From Hyphochytrium catenoides (taxonomy: Eukaryota > Protista > Hyphochytriomycota): a DNA stretch of 64,000 nt. Positions 1 to 11,211 of the stretch are shown here, piece by piece (the stretch's first letter is position 1; the number at the start of each line of letters is the position of its first letter). The notes beneath the pieces were generated by a model. It did no database searches, was not told the DNA's origin, and saw only the letters and a program-made list of their open reading frames with translations. The stretch spans positions 62,001-126,000 of the forward strand of contig FLMG01003917.1 in NCBI GenBank assembly GCA_900088475.1, in the 5' to 3' direction. The position numbers were made by a program, and so were the translations under genes.

Positions 1-3000
1 CAGGAAACAAAATCAAAAAGCGGGAACAAGACCAAGCCAATGGAAGCGAAGTAGAGATAAGAGCTCCTTCCGACAATGAGAAGACAGAAGAGAGTGACTC
101 ACTCTGGTGCGATGACCGACGCACAGTACTTGGCGTTCTCCAATTCTTTCTCCTCTTGTCGAAGNNNNNNNNNNNNNNNNNNNNNNNNNNNNNNNNNNNN
201 NNNNNNNNNNNNNNNNNNNNNNNNNNNNNGTCCGGTAAGCCCGCAATAGTTAACCAGGTAATCAACGATCGCCCAAGTCAAAGAAAGAGAAGGAAGTAGT
301 AGGACAGGAAGGTACTTTAGAGGCGGAAGAGTTGACATCAACGCAAGAGGTATCCATATTTCCTATAGCTCCTAATTAAGACACCCGTCACTCAGCAGAA
401 GGAGGAGCGGTAGGGAGGAGACAGAAAGAGGTTACGCCAGCCAACCATGGAAGGAAGAATGAACGAGTCTGGAAGCTTGATGAAAAAAGCGCACATGTGA
501 CAGACGTCAAGCTGATGGTGATTCCCGCCATACCTGAGTGACCCATTGCTTCACAAACTCTTCCGGATCATGAATTCCTGCCCTCCTCAGCTTTCCTAGT
601 GTCACCAATAATGGGGCACATAGAGCAAGGTGCGAACAGTGTGAAGGAAGGGATAAAAGAAATGAAGAAGAAGTAAGAAAAGAAGAGACAGGTTCTTGAA
701 ATAGGCGTCTTCTTTTACCGATGTGGCTTTCTGAGACTGGTCCGTTATATTCCTCCAGCTTCTTTTTCACCTTGTCTTTCCTTTCATGAGCGATCCCTTG
801 GTGCAGCATGATCCCAGCTTTGACGCGCTGTGGGGCAGTGTGAAGTCCCTGTGGGAGGGGAAGTTCATAGCCGGGGATCACGCATTGCATTTCATGGGCT
901 GCGAGAATTGGGTGGTACGTCACATTGCAAGAGGGAAGAAGAAGGAGAGGCGCTACTAAGGGAAATAGTAACAGAGGACGACATAACCGGACAGGCCCAT
1001 GCAGAGCTCGCAACAAGACATCTCATCAGGTCCAGGGCAGTACCTGTAGCTGGTGTCTGCTCAGTTCATTAGCAACCGAGGCAGAAACACCTTTCGCACT
1101 TAAGCGAGCCCGAAGGTTCCATTCTTGCCTTGAGAGTATCTGGTTCTGCCTCGTCCTCAAGCGGTCGAGCACCTTGAATAAGGGAGAAGTGAAGCGATGA
1201 TAGGGATCACCAAGGGCCGCAGGTTAGAAAAGACGGACAGGGGTAGCTGCTTGATGACCTTCTGTCCTACCTCCTGATGAATTTTCCCTTTTTCCTCAAC
1301 AAGGTCGGAGAGCTTGTTTAACATCTCGTATCCCACTTTCTGCTTGTGTGCGGCCCTTGCCGTTGCTTCGTCTGTCTCTAACAGCTCTTTCTCAAAAGCT
1401 GCTAGCTTGCGCTCGCCCTCTTGCACCAGCTAGGAAGAAGAGAATTATCATGGTAAACTAATAAGAGAGAAACTCAAGGGTTCATGAGGGAAACGTAAAA
1501 GAGAGGCGGAGAGAGGCGAGCAATACTGGCAGACTCTCCACTATCAGCAGCCCTGAAAGGAAGCGCCGGGAGTGTAAACTGAAAAAGGCGGAAAGGACAA
1601 CAATTACCTTTTCGTCCCTAGCTGGATACGTCTCGCAAAGCATGATGATGCTCTGATAGTAGTTTCTCCGTCGCAGCTCGTCTTCGGCTTTGTATTGGGT
1701 CTCCTCTATCTTCTTTTCCAAACTGTGGCTTTGGCTTTCAACCTGAGAAGCAGAAGGAAGGGTGAATAGACAACCACCGGTACCATTATACTAGGTGAAT
1801 ATGGGGCAGCAGCGAGAAAAGTTAGAAGTAATATAATGCATAGAGGCCCTGTGGTTGACCGATCGACCGTACTCTCCCCCTCACTTTCCGTTTGCTATGT
1901 CCTCCCGCTATATTACGTCTGATGAAGCTGCCCACCTGAGGTCCATTGGCGTTAGACCCTGCTTTCAGCTCCTCAGCTGTTCTCTGGCACTTATGCAGTT
2001 CCTCTCTCAAAGTCGCCACTTTCTTTTCCCTTTCTTTAGTCCCTAAATGGAGCTTGTCATAGTCTTGGCGGAGAGACTTTAGCTGGGCAAGAAGGTCAGG
2101 GTAGCTTAAGCAGTTTTTCTTGGCCATTTCCTGAAGAAGTTGCAAAGAGGATCTGGTGTTTGGGAGAACGGGAAGACTCGGTGAGGCGCCCTTCGGGCCA
2201 TCTCCTCCTTGTACCCCCTTCCTTTCTGCTGAAAGAATCCCCCCTGCTGTGCGAAGAGCTCTTGCGGTACGCTAAACAAGAAGAGAGAATAAATACTTCA
2301 AATGCGGAGGAGATCCAGGCGTCGGCGAGGAGGGCCAAGTAACTGTGGTCGTGTGGTGACGCGAGAAGAGAAAGAGGCGACCACCAGAAGAAGAACAAGA
2401 CGGACGGACACTAGAAAGAGTTTGAAAGGCTAGCATACGATGGGTCATTTGTGTGTACGATCAGGCGCAGCATGAGCAGAATGGCTGAGTCGCAATAAGG
2501 TCTGCACAGGATTTGGGCAAATAATACAAGGGAGTATACCTTCTGTGTGAGCAGACTTTTCCACTTTTTATGTGTCTCCTCTCTCTGATCAGGAACTTTG
2601 TCCCCACCAGAATCTTGAGCATACTCCTCAGCCTGCTGCTCTTCTAATATTCCCTCCCTGGAGCCACTGGCTGTTCTGAGAAGAGAGCGGTCATTCAAAG
2701 ACGTGTAGGACGAAGGTGTTGAAATCCTGCTAAATGTGACGCTTGCGTCGTCACTTTGCAGGTCCTGCCTGCCTCCTTCCAATGGAGGAGAGAACGAATT
2801 TCCTAGACTTACTCCCACTGACTCATTAACAGGGGATAAGCCTACACCTCCTCCTAGACCTCCTCCGCCCTTGTCTTTTTTCCCAACTTCCTTGATGCCA
2901 CCGGGACCTTCGCTTAGTGTACCGGACGGCTCTTGTTGCGGTTGCACGATGTAATAGTTTTCCTAAGAGAGGAAGGAAGTCAGATCTTCTATCATCAATA

Positions 3001-6000
3001 TGAGTGCATCTATCGAGAGAAGTTCCATAGACTATGCATCACACAATCGCAGACAAAAAGAAGCGCTCTGCTGCAGGATCTTCTATCTATCGCTACGAGG
3101 GTTTACTGGGGGAACGTCCTAACACGCCAGTGTTTCGGATATTAGTTCCGTCTTATTCCTTGCAGGGCAATCCAACCCTCATCGCGTTTTAACCTCATCG
3201 CTTTTGTCTCGTTTCCCGCCGCTATCTGCCCACGGCATCCAATCGGCTTTGTACCAATCGCCATCTGCCCTCATCCCTTGCCCAGAACCACACTTACAAG
3301 GGTTAGGGCAATCAAGGGAAACTGTACCCAAAGCCATCTCTGTACATAGTAGTCATCTCCTGGCTGCACCACCAGTATATTGTATCGGCTCTTCTTTGAG
3401 GTCTCGACAGGTGCCTGTGCTGTCTTGAGCTTGGGATTAAGCTTGCGTTGCGCGTCTACTAATTCTCGCAGCTGTGGAGCTGGTGGGCGTACGATATCTG
3501 GTGTGCAAAACTTGTCCGTATCTCCGAGTTTACAAGTCCGAAGAAACTCCGCAACCTAGAGTAGTTCACAAGAACAGATATGGAAAGTAGTAGTGTAAGC
3601 CGACAAGAACAGAAAAGTAGTAAAAGCCATCTCCGGATAAAGCCCTGTAGTGCGCTCATCTCAATTCTTTGTTCCATCAACTGACCTTGATAACGAGGTC
3701 AGCAATGACTGCGGGTGGAGGTGTATCATGTGCAAGATAGTCCTCAACTGTCTTGAGGTACTCAAAGACCAAGTCGTTCGAACCCATTTGCTCCCTGCAT
3801 ACTGTCCAATAGATCATGAAGTCATACTTATTGTAGTCAGTCCACCAGAGAAGAAAATCTTTGACATTGACCTACATGGCGAGAAAGACGCGAGGTAAGA
3901 GCGAGGTAAGTAAGAGCAGGTCATGCAAAGGCAGCAGAATAAGATGAGCGAGTGAGGTAGAACAATTTTGGGAAGGGACTATTCAGGAGCCAGATTTTGT
4001 CCATGGTCATTAATATTGGATTGGTTCGTCCGGCTCCTGACTACTCTCTGCACCACCGTCATACTGAAGGTTATCCGTCCCGACGGGAAGATGCTTAGCC
4101 TCTCTAATACTTATGTATGGAGGTCGCCGCGCCCCAAACCCTACCAGCATGGCCTTTAGCTTTCCCCATGACTCGCAGCACTCGAGATGCATAGGAAGTG
4201 CTTCAATCTTTCTCTGACTCGTGGGGAGCCTCATAAAGAACTTTGCTAGCTGTTTATGGTAAGCAGCCAAGAGTCGCTCGTCCTGGTATTAAGAAACATG
4301 ACAAAAGACAGTCAGTTTCAGGTTCGCGTGCTTCCAAACCTGTGCAGACTCTCTCCTTTGTATCCCATCCTCCTTTTCTGTGGCGTAACAAAAAACGTGG
4401 TCCTATCCGTTTATAGCCTGACAAATTCGTTTTCTTCTTCCCGCTTCCTCCTCCCTTTGCGTCTTCAAAATATATACATTATACCTGGAGGTACATGTGT
4501 CGGACAAAAGTCCGGAGTCTATCGTGGTTGAAGTCATATAGCGGGGGCCCGTTGTCCCTTGAGTCTATTGTCATCATCGCCGGGAGAAGCAAGTTCTCAA
4601 TGATCTGCTTCGTATCCCGGAGAATGTTATCCTCAACTAACAGGTGGACTTCGTCGAAGGATAGCCCAAACTTTGCCACTACAAAGAAAGAAAGGAAGTG
4701 CCGCGCCTAGAGGCGGCCATAGTTAGAAAAGTAGGCTTTCTGGACGCGCAGATAAATTTTCATCCCAACTTTACTAGAGACTGACTCGCAGCAGCGCGAA
4801 AGAGGGCGCAAAGGGGAGTGTTTGTGCCGAGTGCTTCACTCAAAAGCTGCAAGGCCAGGGGCGTTGAGAGTACTCGACACAGGTGCGAATGCACACATTT
4901 ATGTCTCAATGCAGCAAAGTGAAAGGCCGCCGCGCAAGAGAGACGTGGAAGAATTGAAGAAGGATGGTTCGGCTGGTCTTTGCTGCCCCTCCCAATAAGG
5001 TGTGCCTACCAAGAGCAGGTGTTGCTGCCTTGCAATAGTCCACTGCGCCCTGTTGAACTCTGCAGGATCAGTAACGTTTCCGAGCAAGCTCTTCACAGTC
5101 TTACTCCAAGCTACAGGCGGATTCTGATGGAGCTGATCATCTTCCCCAGGAGCTGGGAAATGCTGGTCAAAATTTTCCATGACAATGGAGTTCCATAGCT
5201 CCATCACAACCTAAGAGTGGAAAACATTATAAGGATGAGTGCCTCTATAAAAGAGAACCAGGATCTAGTGGTGTTTAAACCCATCACGTTAGGGTCAACT
5301 GAAGCGGAAAGACTTGATCTGTGCCTCTGATGCAAACGCAAAGGTGCTGATCATCACAAATTATGGGAGAGGAGGAAAGAGATAGGTACCAAGAGACCAC
5401 TAGGGAAGCTCGTTAGGATTGGGGACGGAAGTGGAGAGTCGTGGTCTATGTCGAGTAATCGACACATACCTCATACATCTGGTGGATGGAAGTGCTCTTG
5501 GTGAACTTGTCTAAAAGGCCCTCCCTCCACTCCTCCTTAGTATAAGGAGAGCTCAGCTGCTCGAGGACGGTTCTCAAATAAAGAGGACAATTGCTTCCCG
5601 GACTGTTCAGAAGCTTCTCTATCTCGTGTTCATTCAGCTGTTGGTGCGCAACAAGACGCAAAAAGAAGCGGACAACTTAGTAGTTGCGATTACATAATAA
5701 GTTCACTGGTGCTAGGGAGAGTGCTCTGGTGCTCTCAAGTTATTCCTTTTCGTCACCTCAACGACATGTCTGACTTACCTGGCTGCTTGTAGCTCCCCAT
5801 CGGCCTATGCCCTGGGTCTTATTGGGTAGCGTACCCTCGTTGCCACTAAGATGCTCGTTCCAAAGCTGCGGAGTGAAGATTTGTTGAGAAAAGGAGGCCA
5901 AACTGATGATCCAACCGGTATCTCTGCGTCTACAACATCCACTTCTTCCTTGGGCTTTTGTAGATCATCATGGCCATCCTATCATAATACTCACCTGGAG

Positions 6001-7810
6001 GATGGTTTGGCCGGCTTGCTCTGACAGGAAGCGCAGATGGACCATGATGCATCCCCGTCGGCTGAGCTCACTGATGACAGGCATCTCGTAAAGACTCTCA
6101 AAAACTGCTTCATCGCCATGGACTTGAGAGGACCTACACCGTATTAGACAACAGCAGCAGAGAATGCATCCGTCGTGAGAATAACTGTTTCCTTATTGAT
6201 ACTTATTCACACTTACTCGAGCTCAACCGCATCAGCTGAAGACGGAGCCTCAAAAGACTTGCAACCTCTAAAGAGAAGTGAAGATGACCTTGGCTTGCAA
6301 CTGACGGTGAGGATAATACGAACACCTTCATATATGGAGGGGGTGGTATGTTAAGATGGATATTCAACCAGGTGATTGTACCAAGAGAAGTGGGGAACGA
6401 TAAATGCCCTTTGGGGTTGATAGCGAGGCAAGTGATAGAAGTCACGACAAGTGGTTTTGGCTTGCTACTGTTCGCACCCTTCGGGACGTGGGCAGGAAGC
6501 CAGTTGAGGGCTTCACCTCCGTCACTATTTCGCAGATGGTCGATGCTATCCAGTACCAGGATCAGCCTAATATGGGAGGTTTGTTTCCATCCTTTTGTTA
6601 ACAGCGTCCAAGATTATTTCACCGGCTTAAACGTAGTTTTTTTACCTCCTGCGACCCCCTCCAGTAGATTTTCCTCGCCGAGATCGGCTTGACGCTGCTG
6701 CTTCTAAGCATCGCACAAGAGAAAACCGGAGTTTCTCTTCGTCGGTAGGCACTGGAATCTACCGTTGCAAAAAGGAGGGTTGGTCAATTTCATCCCAGCG
6801 GCAATATTGTAAGCGGAAGAAATATTTATCAGATGGCTTAGCGACGAAAGGAGAGAGAATGAAAGAGGTGTAGCTCCTCGGGGTAGACAGGACTATAAAG
6901 TCATCAAGCGAGAGGGCAAGGAGTTTTGACGCTGGAGCAGACGGTAGACTGCATAGGTGAAGAAAGCAGAGTTCCCGTTGGTAAGCACTTTTGACAAGCT
7001 ATTGTCTCACCTCAAAGTCCTTGAGTCCAAAGGCGTCTTTCAACGTGCTCATGAGGCGGTAGAGGAAGAGTGACAACTAGAAGTGAAAGGTCCATTATTA
7101 CTCCCAGCAATGCTGTTTGGTATGAGTTCTACTATATATGTGGAAAGGCAGCTCCAAAAACAGAAAACACCCGGGATGGCGTGCTTTACCTTGACGCTGT
7201 CATATGAGCAGCCAGTGTAATGCTCAAAAATCACCTCTGACAGCTCCTCGGGGTCATTTTGCCGGCGATTGTGAACCCAGTTGGCCAGTAGCGCTGACTT
7301 TCCTGTGGCTAGGAAAGCACGGTTTGTGCAGGTGGCCCCGGAGTGAAATGGCAGAGAACAGGAAGAGAGCAGAAGAAGTAGTAGCGAGGAGGACGGGTGT
7401 CAAATTCATCAGCGGACAAGCATTCTGAAGAAGTCTCTACCAGTCACTTACCAGGTTCTCCTATAATCACCAAAGAAGGGCTTGGCTCAAGGAAGGAGTC
7501 GGGATTGCAAAAGTCATCCAAGATCTCAAAGTACTTGCCAGGATCGTGATACATAAAGTCAACGGTACGGCTGTGGCAAACATAGGAAAGTCAGTAGAGC
7601 AATTGACTCATCATGCCCAAGAATTATCTTTACTGGCCTGCGCGCAAAGGCAGCATGTACTTTGTTCTCCCTGTCTTCGCCAGCCGTTATGCGATAGCCA
7701 CTGTCCTCAGCACAGGATTCATCCTCCCCGATATTTGGCATCATGGAAGGAGCTGTCACTGGAGATGGGGTAGTAGTACTGATGAGGCCTGTTCCCTCCG
7801 TGGCCGCCAT
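1..7810 (-). CDS. Multi-exon NACHT/STAND-like P-loop NTPase with long C-terminal coiled-coil region; 3' end lies outside the window
   Basis: Spliced exons give Walker A LVIIGEPATGKSALLANW (exons about 7570-7453 and 7309-7190), Walker B-like RLILVLDSIDHL...NWLP (about 6570-6490), NCPLYLRTVLEQL, FFVVAKFGLSFDEV, YDFNHDRLRTFVRHMYL and ALPMHLECCESWGKLKAML. The exon ending YYVQRWLWVQFPLIALTL|gtaagt splices in phase to ENYYIVQPQQEP (about 2962), linking this part to the downstream coiled-coil exons (2145-1157). Confidence 0.7.
165..229. other. Assembly gap (N run); others at 17364-17406 and 37350-37398
   Basis: N characters in the sequence. Confidence 1.
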
Positions 7811-8639
7811 TATTCTTTCTCTCGTTCTGGACTATGTTGCGCCTCTCCGAGAACTAAGCCATTTTCCTTAAGAGTCCCAGTCGGCGGCACTGGAGAGCCC
7901 GGCGTCCATCTTTTGCACGAGAGCTTCTGCTGCCTTTCCTTGCACTGCGGCCGACTACCCTACTAGTTATATTGTCTCTCTTGCTATTGCGAGACGGTAG
8001 CTTGGCTTCTCCCTCGAGCTTCTTTAGATGGATCTTTACGATCTCCTCTCAGATGGCTCCATCAGTCGCTGCTGTTTGGCCTGGGCCGTCAATCGCTCTC
8101 CGTCTCTGTCGCTTCGAGAACGCCTGTGATTATTTAGGGGGAGTTCAGGGGAAGAGGAAACGACTCAGATCATCCGTTACGCTTACCAGGGACACGCTTT
8201 GCCCGATAATCACGACATAGTAACCAAGACACAGCTGATTCCGAGAATAGTGCCGTAATAATACCGAGACTGTCATGGCATTCCTAGACTCATTACTTCA
8301 GTATATCTTAAATGGCGTCTAATTTTACTTTCGTACTTTCGGTTCTACGAGACCAGTACATCAAGCATCAAGTGAATCATTCTTCAATATGCTAGCGGCG
8401 GCGGCCCTGCTGCTGGAAGACAGAGACAGAGTTATTTGTGCACTTCTTCTCTTTATAGATGACTGTCCTTTCTCTTCTGATGTAAGCCTTAATTCTTGCT
8501 GTAAGGTGGTGCTCTTACTCCTCGAAGGCAACAAATAATATAGAGGAAGAACAAGGAGGAGCTTCTGTTGGAACAGTAGTAGGCCTCACACACTCAATGG
8601 ATGTGGTGGGAGGTGGCAAGGATCCTGAGACAAGGAAGA

Positions 8640-8835
8640 ACAACATGAATAATGTGTGAGATTGGTTGGCAAGCGGCAGTGATGATGGGTTATTATCAAG
8701 ATCACATCCTGTCCCGATAGACGAGCAAGGAGGAGCTACAACATGAATAATGTGTGAGATTGGTTGGCAAGCGGCAGTGATGATGGGTTCTTATCAAGAT
8801 CACATCCTGTCCCGATAGACGAGCAAGGAGGAGCT
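8640..8835. repeat. Tandem duplication, 2 x 98 bp with 1 mismatch
   Basis: acaacatgaataatgtgtgag...gagcaaggaggagct occurs at 8640-8737 and 8738-8835 (gggttatt vs gggttctt). Confidence 0.95.
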
Positions 8836-9337
8836 CGTGCCTTAGACTCTTACAGAGCCATTATTCAAGTCGAATCTATATTGCTAGCTTCTTCTTATCA
8901 ATGTACTCTACTGTTTCCCTTCTCCTTCTTCCTGTTCTATTATCTAGATTATACTCTTCTATTGCATTACACTCTCAGCTGTGAAAAGGTAGACCTAGTA
9001 GTTAGGCTCTATTGCATACAAACATCACTCCATAATGTACCAGGGACTTGGTACGTCAACAATCAAGCTCTTCTTGCAAATATCCAAGCAATCTTCTGAG
9101 CAGCTTTATTTTAGAAGAAGTCTTACTACTGTTGTTCCAACATCTTCTTTGAATACTCGATGATGATATAGTAGAGCTCAAGTCCTCTTGGTTGATTGCG
9201 CCCCCTTCTCCTCGCGTCCCCATTAAAGTGCATCTCCATCAGCTGTGGCGCCTGAGTCATTCCCAGGTTGTCTTCTTTTACCGCGTTCTTGCTTCCATAA
9301 TAGGATCGTCCTGGCGAGGAGCGCAAACTCCCTACTA

Positions 9338-11211
9338 CTAGGGACGCAGAGGAGGAATCTCGGGCACCACCTGGGGCAAGCTAGGCCCTTTAACTTCAGG
9401 TCCCCGTGGGGTGCTGCTGCGGTTCGATACGGACTTGTTATTTCTTGCGGTCATATCCTTCCTGGGCGTAGAGATGACGCGGTTGAGGCCGACCTTCTCA
9501 AAAGCCACCGGAATGATGAGAAGGACTACGACGAAGTAACACCACGCCAAAGATACCACTTCAGCAATTTTGCTGGTGTTCTCTCCATCCATAAGAAAAT
9601 TAGACTTGCTGAGCTTTGCTAGCTCTGCAGCTTTTGCTGGAGAGTATCTATACCTCGCTAACATCATCATAGAGCAGAGACAGGAAGTGATTGATCAGCG
9701 AAATAATAACAACCAAAGCTCAAGGAGTTGGGAAGACTTACCTCCATACATCCCACTATAGTGTGTACCACATACAGCGAGCCCCATAACTACAGACGAG
9801 AGGAAGCGCAGGCCCTGGCGATGACTGTACATGGCAAGCTGGAGGTGGGAGAAGACGAGGAGCAGGAAGAGATGACGGGGTTCATAACAACGTAATAGCC
9901 GTCGTCACTGGGTATCGCTGCTGTTCATCTTACCAAACGGAACATTATCCAGAACGCAATGGTCGCTACAGTGCAAGCTATGACGCAGGATACAGCAACT
10001 ACCTCGGGGATCCATTCCACCTCGCATTCAGAGTGCATTGCCGCCATACCTACCACGAAGGGAGAGAGGACAAGGAAAAATAGAGATCGTCAAGACCGAC
10101 ATCCTCTATTCCTTGATTCCTGAACCCAGCTTCTTACCCAGGAAGTGCATCTCTAGCACGCCGCCTCCAGCTACAACGCCACCTATTATGATGTACTTTG
10201 GGTCGTGAAAAAGAATTGTGGCCTAGAGAGTACCAATAATGGTCAGGTAGACTTTTCTCTTCCACGACAGGGATGACCAAGAACAAAATGACCAAAAAGA
10301 GAGAGCAAGCACTGTGACGCAGATTAATCATGATCCCAGGCAGTAGAGACTAGACAGGCAGATGATCGCAGACTACGGAGAATAGGCGGTAGGGTAATAA
10401 TAAACCAGGAAGCAGATAGAGCATGGAAGCGAACGACGACGCAAGGACAGTAAAATGGTACCATTGTGTGCAGTTTGCGGCCGCAGAAGGGATGCTTCTG
10501 GCTTGGGAGCATAGTGCTTAGGTTTAACTTGCTCTTTACCAGTTCCATCTGTTACGCACTAGTTAGGGGCCGATCGTCACCTGCCTAATATCTGCCTTAG
10601 GCAGAACAACGGTGTCACCTACCGCCACCTCCTGTCGATTGCCCTCCGAGATGGCATCATATCCATCCATTGAAGCCATCACAAAGCCAAGGTAGAGGAG
10701 CAAGACCGCACCCATCAGGGAGATGATTGTTCTGTCCAGCGAAAAGTTGACCTTCAGATACTCGTTGTGGTTGGTAGGAGAGTGGAGTTTCATAGCCTCC
10801 ATCCCAAGGAAGTGCATTGTCCAGATCCCCACACCGCCTAGACTGAGAGCTGAAGTCCAGAGGAGCAAGTGCCTCTGAAGCCATTTGGACTTGTCATCCA
10901 AGAAAAAGCGCCTCCTCACCTCCATACAGAGGACAGCTATTGCAGACGTGAGAGCACGACAGACATGTTAGCTTTTCCGCGCGTCGCTACGGGTAGCATG
11001 ATGGCACGCGAGCCAACAATATGGCCAGCATAATCACAAAGCACTGGAACGGAAGTAGGATGATACTACCTGTGAAGCTGCCAATCACCGCAACGAGGAA
11101 GGATTGAACAATTAGTCCAACGTCCCATATCGGAATGATTTGTTCGCCTAACAGAGTTGGATTGATAGCCTCTGCATCTTGGCCAGACGATAATGTTGAA
11201 TCATTAGCCAT
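9338..11211 (-). CDS. MHYT-domain integral membrane sensor protein, multi-exon, with no output domain
   Basis: WDVGLIVQSFLVAVIGSFT, then three MHYT-type repeats: GGVGIWTMHFLGMEAM, GGGVLEMHFLG|MAAM and MGLAVCGTHYSGM. A final TM helix and a short tail end at the stop at 9338. Confidence 0.85.

Noticed and set aside
8640-8835. GTGATGA box C-like motif suggesting tandem snoRNAs
   Set aside because: No box D (CTGA) or terminal stem is present in the unit.
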